In this document: piece by piece, positions 39,100 to 51,181 of the stretch
Layout: each line of letters begins with the position of its first letter
How positions within the stretch are numbered: position 1 is the first letter of the stretch
Source of the DNA: Isurus oxyrinchus
Taxonomy: Eukaryota
NCBI GenBank assembly: GCA_026770705.1
Contig: JANJGN010000052.1
Coordinates: 3,720,001-3,784,000, forward strand
DNA length: 64,000 nucleotides
Reading direction: 5' to 3'
Made by a program: the position numbers and the translations under genes
The notes under the pieces: generated by a model
The model's database searches: none
Told to the model about the DNA's origin: nothing
Seen by the model: the letters and a program-made list of their open reading frames with translations, nothing else

Positions 39100-39474
39100 T
39101 TGGACTATCACAAGTATGGAAAGGTTACACTCCAGGAGAGGTGACAGCGCAGGAAGGTTCGTGTGTACAGATTCCATGTAATTACAGTTATCCATCATAT
39201 TTAGTAGCGAGATCACCAGTCGGAATCTGGTATATGAGAAGGAATTGGGAAAAATGGAATGAACGGTCTATAGCCTTTCACTCCAAGGATCATAATCGCG
39301 AGTTACCACAGTTCCACCATCGGACCCAGCTGTCTGGAGACCTGAAAGATGGCGACTGTTCCCTGATTATAAACAACATCAGACGGGAAGATGCAGGATA
39401 TTATTTATTCAGCCTAGAATTTGACAACAGGAATAGATACAACGACCGTCCTGAAACCCAGCTTCACGTTTCTG
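39100..39474 (+). CDS. Siglec-like gene R: V-set exon V1 (375 nt; essential Arg replaced by Ser)
   Basis: ccctag|TTGGA...TCTG|gtaagt; EVTAQEGSCVQIPC...GIW...GDCSLIINNIRREDAGYYLFSLE; Siglec-type Cys pattern. Confidence 0.92.
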
Positions 39475-39689
39475 GTAAGTGCTGTGTTATAATTACTCAA
39501 CAATTCACATCCAACACTCAATGGGAAATAATAGTGTTTGATTTGCTTGTTTTTTGGCCGTGTTAACCAGCGCCACTATTTTTAATGATTTGTCTATTTC
39601 TGCTCCCAGATCCATAAGCTTATTGTGTGTGATTGAATCCACATCATAGCTGTAACATAAACCGAGCTGAGGGGTGATGACACCTCCCC

Positions 39690-41280
39690 CCTGAGTGAAG
39701 TATCTCCTCCCCACTACACCTTCCACCCCTCACACTGTCCGTGTAAACCCCCGTCCCATCTCCAGCCTCTCTTTCCCCTCCAAAGTCCTGCAACCTGTTT
39801 CCATCTCCCGAATCTGTTCCCATCTTTCCCGGAACTCCATGTTTGAATCCCTCCAATCAGGTTCCCACCCCAGCCACTGTGCTGAAACAGCTCTTATCAA
39901 GGTCACAAATGGCATCCTGTGTGACTGTGACAAAGGTCAACTTTCCCTCCTCGTCCTTCTCGATCTGTCTGCAGCCTTTGACACGCTCGACCACACCATC
40001 CTCCTCCAACACCTCTCCACTGTGGTCCAGCTGGGTGGGACTGCTCTCCCCTGGCTCCATTCTTATCCATCTCATCGTAGCCAGAGAATCACTTGCAATG
40101 GCTTTGCAGCATCATCTGAACAGTGTTAGTTTTCACCTGTCCACTGAGGATCCCCAGCTCTACCTCACCACCACCTCTCTCGACTCCTCCACTGCTGCTA
40201 AATTATCAGGCTGCTTATCCGACATCCAGTACTGGATGGGCAGAAATTCCCTCCAATTAAATATTGGAAAGACTGAAGCCATTGTCTTCATTCCCCGCTC
40301 CAAACTCTGTTCCCTCGCTACCAACTCCATTCCTCTCCCTGGCAGCTCTCTGAGATTGAAGCCAATCTGTTCACAGCTTTGTTGTCCCATTTGATCCTGA
40401 GATGAGCTTCCGGCCTCCTATCTGCGCCCTCACTAACACCGTCTATTTCCACCTCCGTAACATCGCACGACGTCACCCTGTCTCAGCTCATCTGCTGCTG
40501 AAACCCTCATCCACGCCTTCATTACCTCCAGTCTCGACTGTTCCAACACACGCTCTACACTCCATAAACTTGAGGCCATCCAAAACTGCTGACCACGTCC
40601 TTACTCACACCAAGTCCCGTTCCCTTATCACCCGCTCTGCTCGATGACCGAGACTGGCTCCTGGTCAAGCAAAATGTCAACGTCCAAATTTTCATCTTTG
40701 TTTCCTCACTATCCCTGTAATCTCCTTGTCCTCCTCCAGTACCTACAACCATCCCATTCTCTGTAACCTCTTCAAGCCTCTACCGCTTCCCTATATCTGT
40801 AAATTCATCCTGCCCAACAAACCTACCAATCTCTGCAACCTCCTCCAGCCACAACAAATCTCCCTATTTCTGTAACTTCCTCCTGCCCCTAAAAGCTTCC
40901 CTATCTCTGTAGCCTGCTCCAGTCCCGACAACTTTCCCTGCCCCTGTAACCTGCCCCAGTCACTACAACCCTCCCGACCTCTGCAAACTCCTCCAGATTC
41001 TACACTCTCCCAATCTCTCTTAACTTTTCCAGCCCCTACAAACCTCCCTATCACTATAACTCCTCCAATCACTACAAACCTCGCTATCTCTGTAACCTCC
41101 TCCAGCCCCTACAACCCTCCCTATCTCTGTAACCTCCTCCAGACCCACCAACCTTCAGAGGTCTCTGCGCTCCTCCAATTCCAGCCTCTTGACCATCCCC
41201 CGATCTCAACACTCTAACATCGGTGGCCATGCCTTCAGCTGCCTGGGGACCGAGCTCTGTAATACCCTCCCTTAAGCCCT
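39690..41280 (+). mobile_element. L2-type LINE 3' fragment with degenerate 37-bp repeats in its tail
   Basis: RPISSL, HCAETAL, LLDLSAAFDTLDH, LQLNIGKTEAI; degenerate minisatellite at 40710-41160. Confidence 0.88.
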
Positions 41281-42019
41281 CTCCATCCCTCACACTCACT
41301 CTCTCTCTCTCACTAACCATTTCATCCCTCTTTTAATTTTCTCCATAACACCGACCTCTTCTGGTCAGCTGTCGCTAATATCTACACGTGTCTGGGTGAC
41401 ATACTTTGTTTTATGACGCTCCTGTGTAGCACCTTAGGGTGATTTGTCATGTTCAAGTTGTTGTGAAAATATAAGTTGTTGCCCTTTGACCCTCGACCCC
41501 AGATTGAGTCTTATTTTTGAGGGAATGTACAACCTGCTTAGATTTCTGACCAAAGTGTCATTTGATTATTTTTATTGAGCGAATGCCAAGCCCCGATACC
41601 GAGCGAGAGCCTCCTCATTTGCTGAGTTCAAGGTGATGAGTCAGCCCCTTAGTCCGTACAGGGGATTCTCCTCGGTAATGTACAGCCTTGTTTGTGTCTC
41701 TCCACAAGCGCATGAGGGATTTGTACAGAGGCTGCAGCGCTGGAGGGGGTCTGCACAGGGGTCCTGGCCTGTCCTGAGCTGGTTTTAGCAAGGACCACTC
41801 TGGCCTTGGCAGCTGAAAGCCAGCCATTGGACAGACAGGGCCTGTCACAAGGAGCCTGTTAGTCACTCCCCCCCGTGTCTCCTGTGCTCGGATCCAGACC
41901 ATGTTGGCTGGTGGATCTGGCTCAGGAAGGGTCCTCCCCATGGGACCCCCAGATGGAAGGTGGGTCGAGCGGGTCAGTCACTTGCATGTTTATTCTGCAG
42001 CTTTAATATTTTAAGAAGG

Positions 42020-42815
42020 TAAGAATGTAGGAACATAAGAAATAGGGACAGGAGCAGGCCATTCGGCCCCTCCAGCCTGCCCTCGCTGATCTGGTTGTGG
42101 CCTTAACTCCATTTTCCTGCCTGTCCCCCAAACCCTTGACTCCCTTGTCGATCAAAAACCTGCCTCACTCAGCCTTGAGTCTATTCAATGGCCCAGCCTC
42201 CACTGCTCTCTGGGGAAGAGAATTCCACAGGCTAGCGCCCCTCTGAGAGAGGAAATTCCTCCTCATCTCAGTCTTAAATGGGAGAGTCCTCATTCCGAAA
42301 CTGTGCTCCCTGGTTCTAGATTCCCCCACGAGGGGGAAACATCCTCCCAGCATCCACCCTGTCAAGCCCCCTCGGAATTGGATATGTTTCAATAAGGTCA
42401 CCCCTCATTCTTCTAAACTCCAATGGATACAGGCCCAACCTGCTCAACATTTCCTCACAGGACAAACCCTTTAATCCCAGGAATCAGCCCAGTGAAGCTT
42501 CTCTGAACTGCCTGTACACAATGATCCTGTTACAATCTCACTAACGCCCTGTGCAGCTGTTGCAAGACTTCCCTCCTTTTATACTCCATCCCTTTGCAAT
42601 AAAGGCCAACATTCCACTTGCCTTCCTCATTCCGTGGTGTTCCTGAATGCTGACTTTCTGTGATTCATGTACAAGGACACCCAGATCCCTCTGTACTGCA
42701 TTCTGCAGCCTGTCTCCATTTAAATAATATCCTGTTTTTCTATTCTTCCTGCCAAAATAATTTGTTGCCATTCTCCTCAGTATTGACCATCCCCCCAATT
42801 CAGCCTCATCTGTAA
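42020..42815 (-). mobile_element. CR1 LINE fragment, repeated in each tandem unit
   Basis: QRDLGVLVHES.K, KASGMLAFI, SRTREHS, EMRRNF.SQR..LWNSLP. Confidence 0.88.
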
Positions 42816-42876
42816 ATTTTGAGTCTAGTGGATCCACAAACCATCCAGAGATAAATATTGAGATTTCTCTCCCCAG

Positions 42877-43245
42877 TTGGACTGTCACAAGAGTGGAAAG
42901 GTGACACTCCACGAGAGGTGACAGCTCAGGAAGGTTCGTGTGTACAGATTCCATGTCATTACAGTTATCCATCGTGTCTGGAAAACCAACCGCGAGGTGG
43001 ACTCTGGTTTAATAATGAGAAACAGATTCCCTGGGCTCCCATTGCCTTTCACTCCAAGGATCACAGTCACGAGTTACCACGGTTCCGCCATCGGACCCGG
43101 CTGTCTGGAGACCTGAAAGATGGCGACTGTTCCCTGATTATAAACAACATCAGACGGGAAGATGCAGGACCTTATTTTTTCAGAATAGAATTTGACAATG
43201 GTCCGAGCCATAACTATTACCCTGTAACCCAGCTTCACGTTTCTG
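42877..43245 (+). CDS. Siglec-like gene R: V-set exon V2 (369 nt)
   Basis: ccccag|TTGGA...TCTG|gtaagt; DAGPYFFRIE with Arg codon at 43182-43184. Confidence 0.93.
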
Positions 43246-45181
43246 GTAAGTGCTGTGTTATAATTACTCAACAATTCACATTCAACACTCAATGGGAATT
43301 AACACAAACTGTGACGTTTACATATTAACACAAAACACAGTTTATTATAACACACTGTCTGATTCTCAATAACCTGGTGATAGCTTCCAGTTCAGTCCTA
43401 AAGCAATGTCTAATACTCACTTTAATATCAATGATTAAATGTGTTGACTGTGTCTATCAATGTTATCAGTTTATCCACTCCCATCAATCTCTCAAATCCT
43501 GTCTTGAAGTCTGACATATCGACAGAAGAAAGATTTACATTTCTACAGCGCCTTTCACCACCCTAGACTTCCCACCCTAAACCTCTCCCTCTCCCTCTTC
43601 CTCTCCCTCTCTCTCTCTCTCTCTCTGTCTCTTTCTCTCTGTCTCTCCATAACACCGACCTCTTCTGGTCAGCTGTCGCTAATATCTACACGTGTCTGGG
43701 TGACATACTTTGTTTTATGACGCTCCTGTGTAGCACCTTGAGGTGATTTGTCATGTTAAAGTTGTTGTGAAAATATAAGTTGTTGCCCTTTGACTCTCGA
43801 CCCCAGATCGAGTCTTATTTTTGAGGGAATGTACAACCTCCTTAGATTTCTGACCAAAATGTCATTTGATTATTTTTATTGAGCGAATGCCAAGCCCCGA
43901 TACCGAGCGAGAGCCTCCTCATTTGCCGAGTTTAGGGTGATGAGTCAGCCCCTTAGTCCGTAGAGGGGATTCTCCTCGGTAATGAGCAGCCTTGTTTGTG
44001 TCTCTCCACAAGCGCATGAGGGGTTTGTACAGAGGCTGCAGCGCTGGAGGGGGTCTGCACAGGGGTCCTGGCCTGTCCTGAGCCGGTTTTAGCAAGGACA
44101 ACTCTGGCCTTGGCAGCTGAAAGCCAGCCATTGGACAGACGGGGCCTGTCACAAGGAGCCTGTTAGTCACTCCCCCCCCGTGTCTCCTGTGCTCGGATCC
44201 AGACCATGTTGGCTGGTGGATCTGGCTCAGGAAGGGTCCTCCCCATGGGACCCCCAGATGGAAGGTGGGTCGAGCGGGTCAGTCACTTGCATGTTTATTC
44301 TGCAGCTTTAATATTTTAAGAAGGTAAGAATGTAGGAACATAAGAAATAGGGACAGGAGCAGGCCATTCGGCCCCTCCAGCCTGCTCTCACTGATCTGGT
44401 TGTGGCCTTAACTCCATTTTCCTGCCTGTCCCCCAAACCCTTGACTCTCTTGTCGATCAAAAACCTGCCTCACTCAGCCTTGAGTCTATTCAATGGCCCA
44501 GCCTCCACTGCTCTCTGGGGAAGAGAATTCCACAGGCTAGCGCCCCTCTGAGAGAGGAAATTCCTCCTCATCTCAGTCTTAAATGGGAGAGCCCTCATTC
44601 TGAAACTGTGCTCCCTGGTTCTAGATTCCCCCACGAGGGGGAAACATCCTCCCAGCATCCACCCTGTCAAGCCCCCTCGGAATTGGATATGTTTCAATAA
44701 GGTCACCCCTCATTCTTCTAAACTCCAATGGATACAGGCCCAACCTGCTCAACATTTCCTCACAGGACAAACCCTTTAATCCCAGGAATCAGCCCAGTGA
44801 AGCTTCTCTGAACTGCCTGTACACAATGATCCTGTTACAATCTCACTAACGCCCTGTGCAGCTGTTGCAAGACTTCCCTCCTTTTATACTCCATCCCTTT
44901 GCAATAAAGGCCAACATTCCACTTGCCTTCCTCATTCCGTGGTGTTCCTGAATGCTGACTTTCTGTGATTCATGTACAAGGACACCCAGATCCCTCTGTA
45001 CTGCATTCTGCAGCCTGTCTCCATTTAAATAATATCCTGTTTTTCTATTCTTCCTGCCAAAATAATTTGTTGCCATTCTCCTCAGTATTGACCATCCCCC
45101 CAATTCAGCCTCATCTGTAAATTTTGAGTCTAGTGGATCCACAAACCATCCAGAGATAAATATTGAGATTTCTCTCCCCAG

Positions 45182-45550
45182 TTGGACTGTCACAAGAGTG
45201 GAAAGGTGACACTCCACGAGAGGTGACAGCTCAGGAAGGTTCGTGTGTACAGATTCCATGTCATTACAGTTATCCATCGTGTCTGGAAAACCAACCGCGA
45301 GGTGGACTCTGGTTTAATAATGAGAAACAGATTCCCTGGGCTCCCATTGCCTTTCACTCCAAGGATCACAGTCACGAGTTACCACGGTTCCGCCATCGGA
45401 CCCGGCTGTCTGGAGACCTGAAAGATGGCGACTGTTCCCTGATTATAAACAACATCAGACGGGAAGATGCAGGACCTTATTTTTTCAGAATAGAATTTGA
45501 CAATGGTCCGAGCCATAACTATTACCCTGTAACCCAGCTTCACGTTTCTG
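45182..45550 (+). CDS. Siglec-like gene R: V-set exon V3 (369 nt, protein identical to V2)
   Basis: Same splice sites and translation as V2. Confidence 0.92.
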
Positions 45551-47488
45551 GTAAGTGCTGTGTTATAATTACTCAACAATTCACATTCAACACTCAATGG
45601 GAATTAACACAAACTGTGACGTTTACATATTAACACAAAACACAGTTTATTATAACACTCTGTCTGATTCTCAATAACCTGGTGATAGCTTCCAGTTCAG
45701 TCCTAAAGCAATGTCTAATACTCACTTTAATATCAATGATTAAATGTGTTGACTGTGTCTATCAATGTTATCAGTTTATCCACTCCCATCAATCTCTCAA
45801 ATCCTGTCTTGAAGTCTGACATATCGACAGAAGAAAGATTTACATTTCTACAGCGCCTTTCACCACCCTAGACTTCCCACCCTAAACCTCTCCCTCTCCC
45901 TCTTCCTCTCCCTCTCTCTCTCTCTCTCTCTGTCTCTTTCTCTCTGTCTCTCCATAACACCGACCTCTTCTGGCCAGCTGTCGCTAATATCTCCACATGT
46001 GTCTGGGTGACATACTTTGTTTTATGACGCTCCTGTGTAGCACCTTGAGGTGATTTGTCATGTTAAAGTTGTTGTGAAAATATAAGTTGTTGCCCTTTGA
46101 CTCTCGACCCCAGATCGAGTCTTATTTTTGAGGGAATGTACAACCTCCTTAGATTTCTGACCAAAATGTCATTTGATTATTTTTATTGAGCGAATGCCAA
46201 GCCCCGATACCGAGCGAGAGCCTCCTCATTTGCCGAGTTTAGGGTGATGAGTCAGCACCTTAGTCTGTAGAGGGGATTCTCCTCGGTAATGAGCAGCCTT
46301 GTTTGTGTCTCTCCACAAGCGCATGAGGGGTTTGTACAGAGGCTGCAGCGCTGGAGGGGGTCTGCACAGGGGTCCTGGCCTGTCCTGAGCCGGTTTTAGC
46401 AAGGACAACTCTGGCCTTGGCAGCTGAAAGCCAGCCATTGGACAGATGGGGCCTGTCACAAGGAGCCTGTTAGTCACTCCCCCCCCGTGTCTCCTGTGCT
46501 CGGATCCAGACCATGTTGGCTGGTGGATCTGGCTCAGGAAGGGTCCTCCCCATGGGACCCCCAGATGGAAGGTGGGTCGAGCGGGTCAGTCACTTGCATG
46601 TTTTTTCTGCAGCTTTAATATTTTAAGAAGGTAAGAATGTAGGAACATAAGAAATAGGGACAGGAGCAGGCCATTCGGCCCCTCCAGCCTGCTCTCACTG
46701 ATCTGGTTGTGGCCTTAACTCCATTTTCCTGCCTGTCCCCCAAACCCTTGACTCTCTTGTCGATCAAAAACCTGCCTCACTCAGCCTTGAGTCTATTCAA
46801 TGGCCCAGCCTCCACTGCTCTCTGGGGAAGAGAATTCCACAGGCTAGCGCCCCTCTGAGAGAGGAAATTCCTCCTCATCTCAGTCTTAAATGGGAGAGCC
46901 CTCATTCTGAAACTGTGCTCCCTGGTTCTAGATTCCCCCACGAGGGGGAAACATCCTCCCAGCATCCACCCTGTCAAGCCCCCTCGGAATTGGATATGTT
47001 TCAATAAGGTCACCCCTCATTCTTCTAAACTCCAATGGATACAGGCCCAACCTGCTCAACATTTCCTCACAGGACAAACCCTTTAATCCCAGGAATCAGC
47101 CCAGTGAAGCTTCTCTGAACTGCCTGTACACAATGATCCTGTTACAATCTCACTAACGCCCTGTGTAGCTGTTGCAAGACTTCCCTCCTTTTATACTCCA
47201 TCCCTTTGCAATAAAGGCCAACATTCCACTTGCCTTCCTCATTCCGTGTTGTTCCTGAATGCTGACTTTCTGTGATTCATGTACCAGGACACCCAGATCC
47301 CTCTGTACTGCATACTGCAGCCTGTCACCATTTAAATTATATCCTGTTTTTCTATTCTTCCTGACAATATAATTTATTGCCATTCTCCTCAGTATTGACC
47401 ATCCCCCCAATTCAGCCTCATCTGTAAATATCGGGTTCAGTGGATCCACAAACCATTCAGAGTTAAATATTGAGATTTCTCTCCCCAG

Positions 47489-47854
47489 CTGAACCCTCAC
47501 AAGAGTGGAAAGGTGACACTCCACGAGAGGTGACAGTGCAGGAAGGTTCCTGTGTACAGATTCCATGTCATTATAGTTATCCATCATGTCTGGAAAACCA
47601 ACCGCGACGTGGAGTCTGGCTTAATAATGAGGAATGGAGAACATCGTCTATAGCCTTTCACTCCAAGGATCACAGTCACGAGTTACCACGGTTCCACCAT
47701 CGGACCCGGCTGTCTGGAGACCTGAAAGATGGCGACTGTTCCCTGATTATAAACAACATCACATGGGAAGATGCAGGACCTTATTTTTTCAGAATAGAAT
47801 TTGACAATGGTCCGAGCCATAACTATTACCCTGTAACCCAGGTTCACGTTTCTG
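47489..47854 (+). CDS. Siglec-like gene R: V-set exon V4 (366 nt)
   Basis: ccccag|CTGAACCC...TCTG|gtaagt; AEPSQEW...RRGVWLNNEEWRTSSIAF...NITWEDAGPYFFRIEFD. Confidence 0.93.
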
Positions 47855-49790
47855 GTAAGTGCTGTGTTATAATTACTCAACAATTCACATTCAACACTCA
47901 ATGGGAATTAACACAAACTGTGACGTTTACATATTAACACAAAACACAGTTTATTATAACACACTGTCTGATTCTCAATAACCTGGTGATAGCTTCCAGT
48001 TCAGTCCTAAAGCAATGTCTAATACTCACTTTAATATCAATGATTAAATGTGTTGACTGTGTCTATCAATGTTATCAGTTTATCCACTCCCATCAATCTC
48101 TCAAATCCTGTCTTGAAGTCTGACATATCGACAGAAGAAAGATTTACATTTCTACAGCGCCTTTCACCACCCTAGACTTCCCACCCTAAACCTCTCCCTC
48201 TCCCTCTTCCTCTCCCTCTCTCTCTCTCTCTCTCTGTCTCTTTCTCTCTGTCTCTCCATAACACCGACCTCTTCTGGTCAGCTGTCGCTAATATCTACAC
48301 GTGTCTGGGTGACATACTTTGTTTTATGACGCTCCTGTGTAGCACCTTGGAGTGATTTGTCATGTTAAAGTTGTTGTGAAAATATAAGTTGTTGCCCTTT
48401 GACTCTCGACCCCAGATCGAGTCTTATTTTTGAGGGAATGTACAACCTCCTTAGATTTCTGACCAAAATGTCATTTGATTATTTTTATTGAGCGAATGCC
48501 AAGCCCCGATACCGAGCGAGAGCCTCCTCATTTGCCGAGTTTAGGGTGATGAGTCAGCACCTTAGTCTGTAGAGGGGATTCTCCTCGGTAATGTGCAGCC
48601 TTGTTTGTGTCTCTCCACAAGCGCATGAGGGGTTTGTACAGAGGCTGCAGCGCTGGAGGGGGTCTGCACAGGGGTCCTGGCCTGTCCTGAGCTGGTTTTA
48701 GCAAGGACCACTCTGGCCTTGGCAGCTGAAAGCCAGCCATTGGACAGACGGGGCCTGTCACAAGGAGCCTGTTAGTCACTCCCCCCCCGTGTCTCCTGTG
48801 CTCGGATCCAGACCATGTTGGCTGGTGGATCTGGCTCAGGAAGGGTCCTCCCCATGGGACCCCCAGATGGAAGGTGGGTCGAGCGGGTCAGTCACTTGCA
48901 TGTTTTTTCTGCAGCTTTAATATTTTAAGAAGGTAAGAATGTAGGAACATAAGAAATAGGGACAGGAGCAGGCCATTCGGCCCCTCCAGCCTGCTCTCAC
49001 TGATCTGGTTGTGGCCTTAACTCCATTTTCCTGCCTGTCCCCCAAACCCTTGACTCTCTTGTCGATCAAAAACCTGCCTCACTCAGCCTTGTGTCTATTC
49101 AATGGCCCAGCCTCCACTGCTCTCTGGGGAAGAGAATTCCACAGGCTAGCGCCCCTCTGAGAGAGGAAATTCCTCCTCATCTCAGTCTTAAATGGGAGAG
49201 CCCTCATTCTGAAACTGTGCTCCCTGGTTCTAGATTCCCCCACGAGGGGGAAACATCCTCCCAGCATCCACCCTGTCAAGCCCCCTCGGAATCGGATATG
49301 TTTCAATAAGGTCACCCCTCATTCTTCTAAACTCCAATGGATACAGGCCCAACCTGCTCAACATTTCCTCACAGGACAAACCCTTTAATCCCAGGAATCA
49401 GCCCAGTGAAGCTTCTCTGAACTGCCTGTACACAATGATCCTGTTACAATCTCACTAACGCCCTGTGTAGCTGTTGCAAGACTTCCCTCCTTTTATACTC
49501 CATCCCTTTGCAATAAAGGCCAACATTCCACTTGCCTTCCTCATTCCGTGTTGTTCCTGAATGCTGACTTTCTGTGATTCATGTACCAGGACACCCAGAT
49601 CCCTCTGTACTGCATACTGCAGCCTGTCACCATTTAAATTATATCCTGTTTTTCTATTCTTCCTGACAATATAATTTATTGCCATTCTCCTCAGTATTGA
49701 CCATCCCCCCAATTCAGCCTCATCTGTAAATATCGGGTTCAGTGGATCCACAAACCATTCAGAGTTAAATATTGAGATTTCTCTCCCCAG

Positions 49791-50156
49791 CTGAACCCTC
49801 ACAAGAGTGGAAAGGTGACACTCCACGAGAGGTGACAGTGCAGGAAGGTTCCTGTGTACAGATTCCATGTCATTATAGTTATCCATCATGTCTGGAAAAC
49901 CAACCGCGACGTGGAGTCTGGCTTAATAATGAGGAATGGAGAACATCATCTATAGCCTTTCACTCCAAGGATCACAGTCACGAGTTACCACGGTTCCACC
50001 ATCGGACCCGGCTGTCTGGAGACCTGAAAGATGGTGACTGTTCCCTGATTATAAACAACATCAGACGGGAAGATGCAGGACCTTATTTTTTCAGAATAGA
50101 ATTTGAAAATGGTCCGAGCCATAACTATTACCCTGTAACCCAGGTTCACGTTTCTG
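49791..50156 (+). CDS. Siglec-like gene R: V-set exon V5 (366 nt)
   Basis: As V4 but with NIRRED and EFEN; canonical splice sites. Confidence 0.93.
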
Positions 50157-50893
50157 GTAAGTGCTGTGTTATAATTACTCAACAATTCACATTCAACACT
50201 CAATGGGAAACAACACAAACTGTGACGTTTACATATTAACACAAAACACAGCTTATTATAACACACTGTCTGATTCTCAATAACCTGGTGATAGCTTCCA
50301 GTTCAGTCCTAAAGCAACCTCTAATACTCACTTTAATATCAATGATTAAATGTATTGACTGTGTCCATCAATGTTATCAGGTTATCCACTCCCATCGATC
50401 TCTCTAATCCTGTCTCGAAGTCTGACTTAGCGACAGAAGAAAGATTCACATTTCTGTAGCACTTTTCACCACCTCAGCATGGACCAAATCACTTCACAGC
50501 CAATGAGCTGATTCCTGAATTGTAGTTACTATTGTAATGTGGGAAACACAGCAACCAATTTGCACACAGCAAGCTCCCACAAATTGCAAAGTAAAAAATG
50601 GCCCAGATCGCTGAGGGACTGATGGGTTAGTGCACTCCAAACTCTGGTCTGCTCCACCACCCTCACCCACTATTATCAGTTCAAGTGTCTCGGAGTGAAC
50701 GTGTATTAAGCTGAGAGACAGAAACACCAAAGTCTCAAAGCAGGAAATTCTCTCCTAATCATTGTAACCTCTCAGATCTGATATCATCCTTGTAAAAGTG
50801 CTTTTTCTTGTGGGATTGTGATTTCTATTTGAACTGATGCTTCACGTTATATTTCTCTAAAAGGATCCATTCTCCGTCTGTTAAATTTCACAG

Positions 50894-51181
50894 ATAAACC
50901 CACGATATTCCCTGCTGAAATTATTGCAGGAAAGCCTGTGGATGTAAGCTGCACCTTCAACACAACGTGCAATGGAACAGCAGCACCTGTCTTAACCTGG
51001 GACACTCCCACTGACGTACGTGGATCAGTCTCAAACACTGTAACTCAGCATGGTGTCACTCTGACCTATACTTCTGTTCTGACCCTGATCCCATCACTCA
51101 AACACCACAGACACACTCTCAGCTGCAGAGTGAGATATCCATCTGTTGCATCGGAGCGGACCCTCGTACTAACTGTGCAAG
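50894..51181 (+). CDS. Siglec-like gene R: C2-set Ig exon
   Basis: (D)KPTIFPAEIIAGKPVDVSCTFNTTCNGTAAPVLTW...LSCRVRYP...LTVQ G|gtaagt. The upstream AG seen in gene L is AA here (50883-50884); an in-phase CAG lies at 50891-50893. Confidence 0.88.

Larger units (their letters stand above)
41341..50470 (+). repeat. Four-copy tandem duplication, unit ~2305 bp, each unit carrying one V exon plus LINE fragments
   Basis: Anchor ctccataacaccgacctcttctgg at ~41341, ~43645, ~45951 and ~48254; V-exon spacings 2305, 2307 and 2302. Confidence 0.97.

Noticed and set aside
41615-49889. Repeated minus-strand ORFs in the tandem units as host genes
   Set aside because: They are fragments of decayed LINEs copied with the duplication, or antisense to the V exons.
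39100-51181. Rearranging Ig/TCR-like locus (V segments with RSS)
   Set aside because: I saw no heptamer-spacer-nonamer next to the V exons and no D/J segments. Each V is complete through the G strand, ends in a splice donor and has Siglec-type, not canonical B-F, cysteines.
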